Source of the DNA: an uncultured Thermoleophilia bacterium
GTDB lineage: Bacteria > Actinomycetota > Thermoleophilia > UBA2241
Length of the DNA: 64,000 bases
Direction of reading: 5' to 3'
NCBI GenBank assembly: GCA_963715985.1
Contig: CAVQSP010000013.1
Location: 448,001-512,000 of the forward strand
This document shows positions 13,343-24,184 of this stretch, piece after piece. Each line of letters opens with the position of its first letter. The first letter of the stretch is position 1. The notes below the pieces were generated by a model that was given only the letters and a program-made list of their open reading frames with translations, made no database searches and had not been told where the DNA came from. A program made the translations under genes and the position numbers.

Positions 13343-16053
13343 AGACCACCCGCCGCCAGTTCCTCGTGGGCGCCGGGCGTGCCGCCGGGAGGGCGGCCGC
13401 GGCCGGCGCGCTCGGTCCGCTAACGACCGACGTCTTGGCCGGCAGGGACGAGGCGCCCCACTCCCTGCCGGTCGACCGGGTGGTGCGCACCACCTGCTCC
13501 CCGAACTGCACCGGGTCCTGCGGGCAGCTGGCCTTCGTGCGCGACGGCAACGTGGTCAAGGTCCAGCAGGCGGCCGACTACCCGGAGAACGAGTACAACC
13601 CGCGCGGCTGCATGAAGGGCATCTCCTACCACCTGCTGATCCACGGCCCCGACCGCATCCAGACGCCGCTCGTGCGGACCGGGCGAGCGCGGGATCGGGC
13701 GAGTTCCGCGAGGCGACGCTGGGACGAGGTCCTCGAGCGCATCGCCGGCGGAGCTCAAGCGCATCGGCGACGAGTGGGGCTGGGACATCGGTCCACGTCT
13801 TCAGCCAGGTGCCGGGCTCCGGCTACATCCAGAAGGGCGCCGCCTACCGCGCCTGTGCCGCGCTCGGCATGACGCACGGCACGAGCTTCGACTTCAACGG
13901 CGACCTGCCCATGGGCATGCCGATCACGTTCGGCGTGCAGAACGCCGAGCACGAGTCCAAGGACTGGGCCAACAGCCGCTTCATCCTGCTGATCGGCGCC
14001 AACCCGCTGGAGACGCGCATCCCCGACGTGCACTTCATCCACGACGCGGTCGAGAAGGGCGCCCGCCTCGTGGTCGTGGACCCGACCTTCTCGTCGACGG
14101 CGGCGAAGGCCGATGCCTGGCTGCAGATCAAGCCCGGCACCGACGCGGCGCTCGGCCTCGCCCTCTGCCGCCAGGTCGTCGGCGGACGGCAAGGCCGACT
14201 GGGACTTCATGCGCACGTACACGGACGCGCCGCTGCTGGTGCGCACGCGACACCGGCAAGCGCTGCGCGCGGACGAGCTGGCCGCGCGGCGAGGCCCGCG
14301 ACCCGGGCCCGGCCGCGGGCGTCGGCCTCGGCGAGTACGGCAGCAAGGCGCCGCCGGTCGGGGACGGCCCCGGACGCCGCGCACTCGGAGCCCGCCGGCG
14401 CACGGCCTGCCGCCGCTCGCCGAACGACCGCTACGTCGCCTGGGACGCCGCGCGGGGCGAGCCGGTGGTCGTCGGCACCGACCGGCTCGGCATCCCCGCG
14501 GGCGTGCGAGGCCGCCCTCGACGGCGACGTACACGCGTGAAGCTCGCCGACGGCGTCGCGCGTCGACGCGTGACGCCCGGGTTCGCGCTCGTGCGCGCGG
14601 AGCTCGACCGCTGGACGCCGGAGCGCGCCGCCGAGGTCACCGGCGTCCCGGCCGAGACCATCGTCGCGCGTGGCGCGACGCCTTCGCCGCCGAGCGCCCG
14701 GCCGCCGTCATCATGGGCGGCGGCAGCAACCACTGGTTCCACGGCGACCTCACCGGGCGCGCCTTCGCGCTGCTCGCCTCGCCTCACCGGCAACGTCGGC
14801 CGCTCGGGCGGCGGCTTCTCGGTGTACGTCGGCCAGTACAAGGTGCGCGTGGACACCTCGCCGTGGTGGGCGCTCGGCGACGTCAAAGGCCAAGTCGTCC
14901 CCAGCGTCTACTTCGTGCGCGGGCGCACCGAGACCATGAACGAGACGGTCCCGTACCCGGAGAACGGCTTCAAGGCGCTCATCTGCACCTTCGCCAACAT
15001 GTTCCTGCAGGCGATGGACGTGAACCGCTGCACCAGACGCTGGACGGCTGCGAGCTCGTCGTGGTGGTCGACCACCAGATGACCGACACCGCGAAGTGGG
15101 CCGACATCGTGCTGCCGGCCGCCACCTGGTACGAGAAGACCGACCTCACGGCCACGCCGCTGCACCCGTACCTGCAGATCCAGCAGGAGGCGATCCCGCC
15201 GGTGGGCGAGTCGAAGCCCGGAGCTCTGGATGTGGCAGGAGATCGTCAAGCGCATCGACCCGGCGCTGTTCGAGAAGTACTTCGACATGACGGCCGAGGA
15301 GGCGATCGAGGCGATCCTCGCCCAGGGCGGCTCCACCGAGGGCATCACGCTCGAGCAGCTCCAGGCCGGGCCGGTGCGGCTGAACGTGCCCGACCCGGAC
15401 GTGGCCTTCGTGCGCCAGGTCGAGGAGCTCGCGCCGTTCCCGCCGCCGTCGCTGCCGGCGCCGCTGGAGGCGACCGCCGTGTTCATCCCGACGCGGCGGG
15501 CCGAGTTCTACAAGGAGGAGGACCGCTTTCTGGAGCTCGGTGAAGCGGTCCCCACGTACAAGCCGCCGCACGACGACGAGGTGCACGATCCCGGCCGAGT
15601 ACCCGATCGCGCTGCTCTCGCCGCACTCCAAGTGGCGCATCCACTCGAGCTACGCCAACGTGGCCTGGCTCAACGAGATCACCGGCGGCCGGGCGCCCGT
15701 GCTGCTCAGCCCGAGCCACCGCGGCCGAGCGCGGCATCGGCGAGGGCGACCTCGTCGAACTGCGCAACACGCGCGGCAGCGTCCGCGCCTGGGCGCACCT
15801 CACGCGCGGCCGCCCGGCCCGGCACCGCCACCCTCTTCGAGGGCTGGTGGAGCCGGCAGCTCGGCGGCGGCAAGAGCGTCAACGAGCTCACCTCGTCCGA
15901 GGTGAACCCCATCCACGAGATCCACTACGTGGCCAACATGTGGGCGCCCTCCACCGGCTGGAAGGACTGCCGCTGCGAGGTCACGCGGATCGGCGACGGC
16001 ATCGACGCCGAGGTGCCGCGTCCGCCGGCACTGTCCGGCGCGCGAGGAGGTGA
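13339..16053 (+). CDS. Tat-exported Mo-bisPGD oxidoreductase catalytic subunit, NarG/Nxr/Ser/Pcr-related (many indels; end approximate)
   Basis: MKTTRRQFL Tat signal; [21 protein letters not shown]0 motif; SFDFNGDLP Asp-ligand region; [35 protein letters not shown]. Confidence 0.85.
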
Positions 16054-16056
16054 CCC

Positions 16057-16773
16057 ATGGCTGACAAGGTCTCGCCCGTCGAGGCGCTGCCGCCGGCGTC
16101 GCGGGAATACGGGGAGCTCGGACCGGCCGTCCGACCAACCCGCGCTGGGGGATGGTGGTCGACCAGGAGCGCTGCATCGGCTGCTGGTCGTGCTGCGTGA
16201 TCTGCAAGTCGGAGAACGACGTGCCGCTCGGCATGTGGTGGAACCGCATCGACACGGTGGGCGACGCGCTCGACACGCCGCGGAGGTGAACGGCGAGCTG
16301 GAGATGCACTGGCTGCCGCTCGCCTGCCAGCACTGCGAGAACCCGGCCTGCACCAAGGTGTGCCCCGTGGAGGCCACGTACCCGCGCGAGGACGGCGTGG
16401 TGATGCAGGACCCGCAGCGCTGCATCGGCTGCCGCTTCTGCATGGTGGCGTGCCCCTACGGCGTGCGCATCTTCAACTGGGGCAAGCCCGACCGGCCCAC
16501 GGACTTCGACACCGGCATGGTCGCCGCCGCGGCCCGGTCGGCACCATGGAGAAGTGCACGTTCTGCGTGCACCGCCTCGCCGACGGCCAGGTGCCGTCGT
16601 GCGTGTGGTCGTGCCCCGCGCAGGCGCGCATCTTCGGCGACCTCAACGACCCGGACAGCCGCGTGAGCCGGCTCATCCGCGAGCGCGGCGGCGAGCAGCT
16701 GCTCGAGGAGCGCGGCACCGAGCCGCGGGTCTACTACCTGCCGCCGCGCCGCAAGAGGGGGCTGGACACATGA
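16057..16773 (+). CDS. Four-cluster Fe-S subunit, DmsB/NrfC type (indels)
   Basis: [61 protein letters not shown]. Confidence 0.9.
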
Positions 16774-18144
16774 GCACCGTCGTCACGCCGGGCCGCGGCG
16801 CCGGCCGAGCCGCGCCTCCGAGCGCCGCGCCCTGCGCATCTGGATCGGCGCTGCTCGCTCCTCGGCATCGCCCTGGGCCTCGGCGCCTGGGTGTATCAGC
16901 TCTCCAACGGCCTCGCCGCCACCAACATGCGCAACCCCATGATGTGGGGTCTGTACATCACCCTGTTCATGTACTTCGTGGGGCTCTCGGCCGGCGGACT
17001 TGATCGTCGCCTCCGCCGGCCGCCTCTTCGGCGCCACGCGCCTCAAGCCGGTGGTGCGCATCGCGGTGCTCGAGGCGACCGTCGCCGTCATGATCGCCGC
17101 GCTGCTCCTGCTCCCCGACATCGGCCGCCCGGACCGCGCCTGGCACCTGCTGCGCTACGCGCACGTCACGTCGCCGCTCATCTGGGACCTCACCATCGTC
17201 ACCGTCTACTTCGTCATCTCGGCGACCTACGTGTGGGTGTACACGCGCGCCGACCTCGCGCGCGCGCGGCAGCCGGCTCGCGCTCGGCACGGGTACGTCG
17301 CTCGCGCGGACATGCGCCGCGACGAGCTGCTCAAGGGCGTCCTCGCGGCGGTCGGCCTGCCGGCGGCGATCCTGCTGCACTCGATCACCGCCTGGATCTT
17401 CGGCCTGCAGATCGCGCGCGGCTTCTGGTACTCGGCGATCATGGCGCCGCTGTTCATCGCCTCGGCGCTGGTCTCGGGCACCGCGCTCATGATCCTGCTG
17501 GCGCTCATCGTGCGGCGCACCGGGCAGGGTCGGCTTCAAGGACGACCTGGTGGCGCTACCTCGGCGGCATGCTGGCGGTGTTCGTCGCCGTCGAGGCGTT
17601 TCTCGTGTTCTCGGAGATGCTCACCGCCGCGTACCCGGGGCGGGCTTCGAGGCCGAACCTGCCCGGCGGCTGCTCACGGGCCCCTACGCCGGCTTCTTCT
17701 GGTTCGAGGTGCTCGCCGGGCTGGTCGTCCCGTTCGTGCTGCTGGCCGTGCCGCGCCTGCGCGCCGACGGCGCTGGGTGGCGGTGGCCTCGGTGCTCGCG
17801 GTGGCGGGCATCCTCATCCACCGCGTCAACATCGTGCTCAACGGGCTCTCGTACGCGACCGTGCCGTATCCGCCGGGCGTGTCCGATCGGCACCGCGCAG
17901 CCCGCAGGGGACGACCTCGTTCGCGCTGAGCTACTTCTACCGCCCGAGCCTGATCGAGTACCTGGTCGCCGGCGGCGTGATCTGCTTCGGCGCGCTCGTG
18001 TTCACGCTCGCCGCGTGGAAGCTGCCGCATGCGGGAGGGCGACGCCCGGCACGGCAGCGCGGCGCCGCGAGCGCGCTGATCCGCCGAGGCGCCCGGCGTC
18101 GCCGAGGCCGGGCCGGCCGGTGCCGACCGCGCGCGACGCGGTAG
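16770..18144 (+). CDS. NrfD/PsrC family membrane anchor (indels; end approximate)
   Basis: GLAATNMRNPMMWGLYITLFMYFVGLSAGG, DIGRPDR, SPLIWD, LHSITAWIFG, PLFIASALVSG. Confidence 0.88.
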
Positions 18145-18153
18145 GCTCGCGCC

Positions 18154-18600
18154 GTGAGACTGGAGCTGACCAAGCGCGGCGACTACGCGGTGCGGGCGAT
18201 GATCGCCCTGGCGCGCGACGGCGCGGCGCCTGATCAGCGCCCGGACGATCGCCGCGGAGATGGCGATCCCGCCGCGCTTCCTGCCGCAGGTGATGGCCGA
18301 CCTCGTGCGCGCCGAGCCTCGTCGAGGGCGTCACCGGCACGGAGCGGCGGCTACAGGCTCGTCCGGTCGCCGCCGCGGACATCAGCCTGCTGACGATCGT
18401 CGAGGCCGTCGAGGGGACGAGCCGCCGCGAGACGTGCGTGCTGCGCGGCGGCCCCTGCGGCCGCGACGGCGCCTGCGCCGTCCACGCCGCCTTCTGCGCC
18501 GCCGAGGAGGCGCATGATCGGCGGCGCTCGACTCGGCGTCACGCTCGCCGAGGTGAGCGCGAGGCGCCCGGCCTGGACGTGCGCGGCCACCTGCCAGCGG
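18154..18600 (+). CDS. Rrf2 family transcriptional regulator with Fe-S ligands (indels; end approximate)
   Basis: LTKRGDYAVRAMIALA, IPPRFLPQVMADL, GGYRL, ISLLTIVEAVEG, C-VLRGGP-C-GRDGA-C-AVH (IscR-like Cys3His). Confidence 0.88.
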
Positions 18601-18743
18601 CCGCGGCGCCGGCGTCTGCGAGATCGCCCGGCCGCGGCGGCCTCCTTCGCCGGACGAAGCAGGGGCCGGGCCTCGCGGCCCGGCCCCTCGTCCTCCTGCG
18701 TGCTGCGAGCCGCGTCGCGGCGCCCGCCGATCAGCTGTGCGGC

Positions 18744-19569
18744 TCACGCCTTCCAGACGGCGATGTCGCCGACGTTGATGTCGGCGGTGGCGTCCACCGG
18801 GCCCATCTTCTGGGCCAGGTAGCCGTCCTTCTCGATGAGCAGGTGTACTCGCCCGGCTCCAGGTCGCGGAGCCAGAAATCGCCGTAGCTGTCCGTTGTCG
18901 CCGAGCAGCTTGCCGCCGCCGGCCTTGAGTGGCCGTGACGGTGGCGCCCTCGGTGCACTCGTCGGCCTCGCTGTCGAAGACGGCGCCGGCGATGAAGGGC
19001 TTGGGCAGGCCGATGTAGTACACGCGCGGCTTGACGTCCAGCTCCGGCTTGAGCGGCTCGGCCTTGGCGACGAGCTCCTTGATCTGCGGGTCGTCCTCTT
19101 CGCCGAAGGCGAAGGCCCCGGTGGGGCAGGCGTCCACGCAGCGCGGCTCGGTCCAGCCGTCGTCCAGGAGGTGCGCGCAGAACGTGCACTTCTGGGCGAT
19201 GTTCAGCGAGTCGTTGAAGTAGATGACGTCCTCGTACGGGCACGCCTCCAGGCACAGCTGATTGCCGCGGCACCTGTCGGGGTCGATGATCACGGCCCCG
19301 TCGTCGCGCTTGTAGATGGCCTCGACGTTGCAGGCCGGGATGCACGGCGCCTCGTCGCAGTGCTGGCAGATGCTGTGCATGTAGGTGACTTTGACCTTGG
19401 GCACCTGGCCGCGCACCTTGTCCTGGATCTTGTTCCAGAACTGACCGGTGTCGGGTTGAGGCTTGGCGATCGGCGACCAGTCGTTGGCCACGTGCTCGTC
19501 CTTGCAGGCCACCTGGCAGTTGTAGCAGCCGTTGCAGATGTTCAGATCGATGACGAGGACCTTGCCCAT
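18744..19569 (-). CDS. BthL-type Fe-S subunit with C-terminal beta-sandwich domain (indels near 18845 and 18930)
   Basis: CNGCYNCQVACKDEH, CQHCDEAPCIPAC, CRGNQLCLEACPY, AQKCTFCAHLLDDGW, KPRVYY, TDSYGDFW. Confidence 0.9.
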
Positions 19570-22166
19570 CACGCCCTCCCCCAGATGCAGGCTTCCAGTC
19601 CGGGACCGGCGCACGGGTGGAACGGCTTCTCGAAGGCCTCAGGGTACTTGGCCTTGAGGTCTTCCATGTCGGTCTTCTCGATGTCCACCAGGAAGCCGCT
19701 CACGGCGTGGCCGACGGCGTTCTTGGAGGTGGTGTTGCGCGGCACGATGGTGTTGATGGCGCCGCCGCGGTCGATCTCGCCGGGGACGATGGGGTCCCAC
19801 TTGGCGCCGTGGTCGATGTAGACCACGGCCGGCATGATCCGCTCGGTGACGTAGGCGCCGGCGAGCACGGTGCCGCGCTCGTTGAAGATCGACACGATGT
19901 CCCCGTGACGGATGCCGCGCTCCTCGGCCACTGACGGGTGCAGCCACACCGGCTGGTACTGGTAGCCGTCGGGGCCGGTGACCTTGCAGGTCTTGATCTC
20001 GCGCAGCCAGGTGATGTCCTCGTGCTGGGAGTGGACGCTCCAGCGAGGGTGGTTGGAGCACACGAGCAGCGGATACTTCTTGGAGCGCTCGGTACCGATG
20101 GTCTCCTCGTGGCTGATGCCCTGTGCGACCCACTTGGGCACCGGCGGCCGCTCGAGGTCACGGGGGAAGTTCTCCGTCAGGCCGGTGGCCTCGAACTCGA
20201 GCTTGCCGGTGGGTGTGGTGAGCGGGTACTTCTCGGGGTCCGCATAGAAGTTGTGGAAGCCGGCCGGCACGTCCTCCCAGCCATCGTCCGTGGGGACGGC
20301 GTAGTAGCCCTTCTCATTGAGCTCTTCCCACGTGATGAGGTCCTCGCAGCGCGAGGTCTCGTAGCCGTACTTGATGAGCTCGGGGATGGTCTTGCCGCCG
20401 GTGTACTCCTCCTTGAGGCCGAGGCGCTCGGAGAGCATGACGGCGATCTCGTAGTCGCTGAAGCTCTCGCCGAGCGGCTCGATGCACTTGTGCTCGGGGA
20501 AGAGCAGGTTGTACTGGCCGCTGAAGATGTCGCCGGCGATGTCGTCCTCTTCGAGCTTGGTGTTCACGGGCAGGATGATGTCTGCCATCAGGCAGTCGTT
20601 CTCCAGCCACGGGTGCTGCGCGAACATGAACTCGATGTCCGGGTGGCGCATGGCCTTGATGTAGTCGTTGCCGCCGTTCCAGCAGGTGATCCAGCTCGGC
20701 GAGTCGGTCCACACCATGTGGATCCTGGAGCAGCCGTCGGCCGGGTACTTGTAGTGCTCGAACTGGTTGACGCGGTCGGCGGTCTCCGACTCGCAGCCGT
20801 ACCAGTCGCACTCGCCCTCGAGGATGGCCTTGGGCACGTACGTCTTGGGGATGAAGGACGGGTGGTTGGACTCGTCCGGGTGGCCGCCGGTGTAGGCCTT
20901 GCGCAGGTAGGGCACGCGCAGCGGCTTGGGCTGGGCGTACTGGTCGGGCTTGTCGAACAGGCCCCACTCGATCATCTTGGCCTGGTTCTGGCCCGGCTTG
21001 CCCAGGCCCTGCATGGCGAGGCAGATGCCCTGCAGGCGGGCCGGCTCGGTGGCGTACGGGCCGCGGATGCCGGGGCCGCCGTTGCCGATGACGACCGTGG
21101 TGCGCTTGCTGGCCCACTCGTCGGCGAGCGCCTTGATGACGCGGGCGGGGACGCCGCAGATCGGCGCCGCCCATTCCGGCGACTTCTCCACGCCGTCCTC
21201 GTCGCCCATCACGTAGGCCTCGTACTTGTCGACGCCCACGGCGTGCGTGGCGAGGTACTCCTTGTCGTACGTGCCCTTCTTGAACCAGCGGTGCGTGATG
21301 GCCAGGTAGAGCGCGGCGTCCGTGTTGGGGAGCACGGGGATCCAACGGTCGGCGTGCACGGCGGCGGCGTAGTTGAGGTCGGGGCACACGTAGATCTGCT
21401 TGATGCCGAGCTCACTCCACCAGTAGCTCAGACGGCTCGGGAGCTGGCCCTGCCAGCCCCACGGGGTGGTCTCCTGGTCGCAGCCCCAGAACAGCAGGAG
21501 CTCGGCGTTCTTGGAGATGTCCCAGAGCAGGTTGCTCTGCATGCCCTGGCCGACGGGCTCGCAGCCCCAGAAGTGCTTGTTGCCCCACCACCAGCCTTCC
21601 CAGCTGTCGGGCTGGCGGATCTGCAGGGTGAAGCCGCCCCACGCGCGCAGCAGCTTGCGGCCGGCGCCGTGGCAGGCCTGCACGACCTTGTTCTCGCCGT
21701 GCTGGTCGCACTGGTACAGGAGCGCGGTGGGCCCGTACTTGGCCTTGATGCGCTCCATCTCGCCGGTGATGATGTCGAGGGCCTGGTCCCACGAGATGCG
21801 CTTGTACTTGCTCACGCCGCGGTTCTGCGGGTTGCGCTCGCCGTTGGGGTCGAAGTCCACGCGCATCATGGGGTAGCGGATGCGGGCCGGGGAGTAGACG
21901 CGCTTCTTGTAGGCGATGCTGTACGGCGGGATCAGGGTCTTCATGCTGGGCTCGAAGGTGCTCCCGCGCACCTCCATCTTCCACGGGTTGAGGTCCGCCT
22001 TCTTGTACTTCCAGTCGTAGTGCATCGGGCGGATGCGGATGATCTTGCCGTCCTTCACGTCGACCATGGACGCGTTGGACCCGTTCTCCGGGACGCCGCA
22101 GAAGCTGATGTCCCTGATCAGCGTCTTCTCTCCGGAGGCGCCGGTCGTGCTCATGTCCTCCGCCAT
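19569..22166 (-). CDS. Divergent pyrogallol-transhydroxylase (AthL)-family Mo-bisPGD subunit, cytoplasmic
   Basis: [34 protein letters not shown] Ser ligand, HPRWSVHSQ; no FS0 motif, no signal peptide; RBS gggagg. Confidence 0.88.
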   Translation of the reverse strand: MAEDMSTTGASGEKTLIRDISFCGVPENGSNASMVDVKDGKIIRIRPMHYDWKYKKADLNPWKMEVRGSTFEPSMKTLIPPYSIAYKKRVYSPARIRYPMMRVDFDPNGERNPQNRGVSKYKRISWDQALDIITGEMERIKAKYGPTALLYQCDQHGENKVVQACHGAGRKLLRAWGGFTLQIRQPDSWEGWWWGNKHFWGCEPVGQGMQSNLLWDISKNAELLLFWGCDQETTPWGWQGQLPSRLSYWWSELGIKQIYVCPDLNYAAAVHADRWIPVLPNTDAALYLAITHRWFKKGTYDKEYLATHAVGVDKYEAYVMGDEDGVEKSPEWAAPICGVPARVIKALADEWASKRTTVVIGNGGPGIRGPYATEPARLQGICLAMQGLGKPGQNQAKMIEWGLFDKPDQYAQPKPLRVPYLRKAYTGGHPDESNHPSFIPKTYVPKAILEGECDWYGCESETADRVNQFEHYKYPADGCSRIHMVWTDSPSWITCWNGGNDYIKAMRHPDIEFMFAQHPWLENDCLMADIILPVNTKLEEDDIAGDIFSGQYNLLFPEHKCIEPLGESFSDYEIAVMLSERLGLKEEYTGGKTIPELIKYGYETSRCEDLITWEELNEKGYYAVPTDDGWEDVPAGFHNFYADPEKYPLTTPTGKLEFEATGLTENFPRDLERPPVPKWVAQGISHEETIGTERSKKYPLLVCSNHPRWSVHSQHEDITWLREIKTCKVTGPDGYQYQPVWLHPSVAEERGIRHGDIVSIFNERGTVLAGAYVTERIMPAVVYIDHGAKWDPIVPGEIDRGGAINTIVPRNTTSKNAVGHAVSGFLVDIEKTDMEDLKAKYPEAFEKPFHPCAGPGLEACIWGRA

Positions 22167-22233
22167 ACTGCCAACCTCCCTGCTCGTGGCCGCGAGCCGC
22201 GACACTGTCCGTTGTCCGGCTCCGAGTGGTGAT

Positions 22234-22298
22234 TCCCACGATGCGGAATGACTCGACCGCATTACGGGCATACTCCTGCGCCGGCGAGCCTCTGTCAA
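22234..22298 (-). promoter_or_regulatory. Promoter with tandem IclR-type boxes
   Basis: Minus strand TTGACA-17-GAGTAT, then gcccgtaatgcggtc-6 nt-ttccgcatcgtggga. Confidence 0.7.
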
Positions 22299-22519
22299 GC
22301 GTTCGGAGACCCTCGCGGAGGCGCCGGCGAGGGAGGGTGTCGTCGGTCGCGGGCACGCGGGCGCGGCGCGCGCGAGGCTTGTCGACTGCCGACCTGCGGT
22401 CGCGACTGGAGGGCAGCAGTCGATCGCACAAGTTCAGCCACGAGGCGACGGCCGACGGCCTGCTGATCGACCGCTTGGATCCGCACGACCTCGGCTCCGC
22501 TGCGCGCGACCATGACGGC

Positions 22520-22933
22520 TCAGCCCCGACCGATCACAAGAGGCACGCCGGTGAGACCCATGTGGAAGTCGGTCGACCACATGCTGCCGACGCGATGCAT
22601 CGTGCTGATGTGGAGGCCGACGGCGTCGGTCATGGTGAGGTCCTGGTCCGAGAAGCGCCGCAACAGCCCGACACCTGCTGCCTGCTCCTCAGCCCCGACG
22701 GCGATCACGCGCAGCGGAGTCAGGGCCTCGATCATGGCGAGGAACTGCAGCGCCCGCGTGCGGTCGTAGCGCCGCAGGAACCAGCCATGGCCCTCGGCGA
22801 TGACGAGCGTGGTGGTGAGCAGGTCCGGCGGTTCCGCGAAGAGCCGCAGGAAGAGCGGATGATGCGTGTCTGAGCGGTCCGCGAAGGCGATCAGGGCCGA
22901 CGTGTCGACGTACGCGTCAGCCTTTCTGGCCAT
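22520..22933 (-). CDS. vapC: VapC-type PIN-domain toxin
   Basis: YVDTSALIA, VIAE, LTMTDA, WSTD acidic PIN residues; overlaps the upstream antitoxin. Confidence 0.88.
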   Translation of the reverse strand: MARKADAYVDTSALIAFADRSDTHHPLFLRLFAEPPDLLTTTLVIAEGHGWFLRRYDRTRALQFLAMIEALTPLRVIAVGAEEQAAGVGLLRRFSDQDLTMTDAVGLHISTMHRVGSMWSTDFHMGLTGVPLVIGRG

Positions 22934-23141
22934 ACACGATGTCGTCGATGCTGCAGCTCGAGTCCGGGTCGCCGCTCTCGACCATGCCGGCGTAGCGCAT
23001 CCAGGGCTGCGAGTCGTCGGCGGGCAGGGCGCTCCGCAGCGCCCGCCTGAAGAACTCCGCCAAAGATATGCCGAGGCGCGCCGCCTCTGCCTTCGCGGCG
23101 TCGTAGTCGCCCTTCGCGAGACTGATCTGCGTGCGAATCAT
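22917..23141 (-). CDS. vapB: Ribbon-helix-helix antitoxin (VapB/CopG type), probably leaderless
   Basis: MIRTQISL..AARLGISLAEFFRRAL; 74 aa; acidic tail SIDDIVYG. Confidence 0.85.
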   Translation of the reverse strand: MIRTQISLAKGDYDAAKAEAARLGISLAEFFRRALRSALPADDSQPWMRYAGMVESGDPDSSCSIDDIVYGQKG

Positions 23142-23176
23142 GATAACAGTATGAGCGATTCTGTTATCAACGGCAA
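23141..23176 (-). promoter_or_regulatory. vapBC promoter and autoregulatory inverted repeat
   Basis: TTGCCG-17-CATACT-6 nt-ATG on the minus strand; perfect TGATAACAG-11-CTGTTATCA at 23141..23169. Confidence 0.7.
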
Positions 23177-23309
23177 TGCTGCGTCTGGCCATGCGTCTCA
23201 TGGTAAGGATGTCGTTCGACGCAGCCAAGGTGCGGTGCGCCGGGTGGAGTGACGTTCGCGCGTGAAGTGGGATAGTGACGGCTGCTCGCCAGGGAAGCGC
23301 CGCCGCTCG

Positions 23310-23476
23310 CCGCCGCTTGTGACTCCCGTGGTGATCGTGGACTGCTCGACGTAGCCTCCTTCGAGACGCTCGAGCAGGGCGATGAACGCCTGGATCTGCG
23401 TGTCGCGCCCACAGAGCGCCGGAGGCCAGAAGCCGGCGCTGAGCGCGCACGCGCTCCCTCGTGGGTCCACGGCCAT
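23310..23476 (-). pseudogene. Remnant of an AAA-ATPase N-terminus
   Basis: DPRGSACALSAGFWPPALCGRDTQIQAFIALLERLEGG..TITTGV resembles the NPyxPGAGxxPPxLxGR..TGLRGVGKT start; Walker A destroyed and ORF truncated. Confidence 0.5.
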
Positions 23477-23606
23477 CCTCGACAGAGGAGACGCAAGGTG
23501 TCGCCGTTCAGTAACTCGTGTCTGGTCTGCCACGTAGTGGGGAATCTGCATCGTCCTCGCCGCGCAGTCCTGCGCGGCGACTGCGTGGCACGCCGCGGGC
23601 GTGCGG

Positions 23607-24122
23607 TCAGTACGTGCGCAGCACGTCCAGGCGGCCGGCGAGGAAGGCGGCGAGACCGGCGCCGTCCTCGAGCCCGAACAGGTGCTCGTGGGTCAGCGCC
23701 GCGTCGGTGACCAGGGCGATGGCTTCGCCGGGCGCGCAGAGCGGTTCGGCGTGGCCGGCGCCGGTGCGGAACAGCTCCACCCGGTACGGCGCCGTGTTCT
23801 TGTAGCCCTCGGCGACCACCAGGTCGAAGCCGGTGAAGTAGGTCTTCACGATGTCCACCAGGGGCAGCTCGCCGTCCAGCCTGGTGATGAAGGCCAGGCG
23901 TTCGGGCGAGGCGATGGCATAGGCGCGGGCGCCGGCCTGGCCGTGACGCCAGGAGTCCTTGCCCGGATGGTCGATCTCGAAGCTGTGCGCGTCGTGCTTG
24001 ACGGTGCCGACGCGCAGGCCGAGCTTGACGAGCTCGGGCACGACCTTCTCGATGAGGGTGGTCTTGCCCGAGTCGCTCTTGCCCACGATGGCGACGAGGG
24101 CGGGTCGGGTGCGTTCGTCCAT
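23607..24122 (-). CDS. mobB: Molybdopterin-guanine dinucleotide biosynthesis protein MobB
   Basis: IVGKSDSGKTTLIEK, VKHDAHSFEIDHPGKDSWRH, EGYK. Confidence 0.95.
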   Translation of the reverse strand: MDERTRPALVAIVGKSDSGKTTLIEKVVPELVKLGLRVGTVKHDAHSFEIDHPGKDSWRHGQAGARAYAIASPERLAFITRLDGELPLVDIVKTYFTGFDLVVAEGYKNTAPYRVELFRTGAGHAEPLCAPGEAIALVTDAALTHEHLFGLEDGAGLAAFLAGRLDVLRTY

Positions 24123-24184
24123 GCGCCTGATGCTACGCAACTGCGCGCCGCGGGGAAACCCGGGCCCAGGCCCCGGAGCAGCCC

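Noticed and set aside
12972-14540. 522-aa ORF as a single protein
   Set aside because: Chimeric frame produced by indels, joining the small Tat protein to out-of-frame and in-frame pieces of the molybdoenzyme.
13339-16053. Calling the enzyme narG, nxrA or an acetylene hydratase; selenocysteine use
   Set aside because: Length, partner subunits and ligand-region residues differ from each; no in-frame TGA at a ligand position was seen.
22300-22519. Possible small gene between the divergent AthL promoter and vapC
   Set aside because: No convincing start, RBS or motif; overlapping ORFs are antisense shadows.
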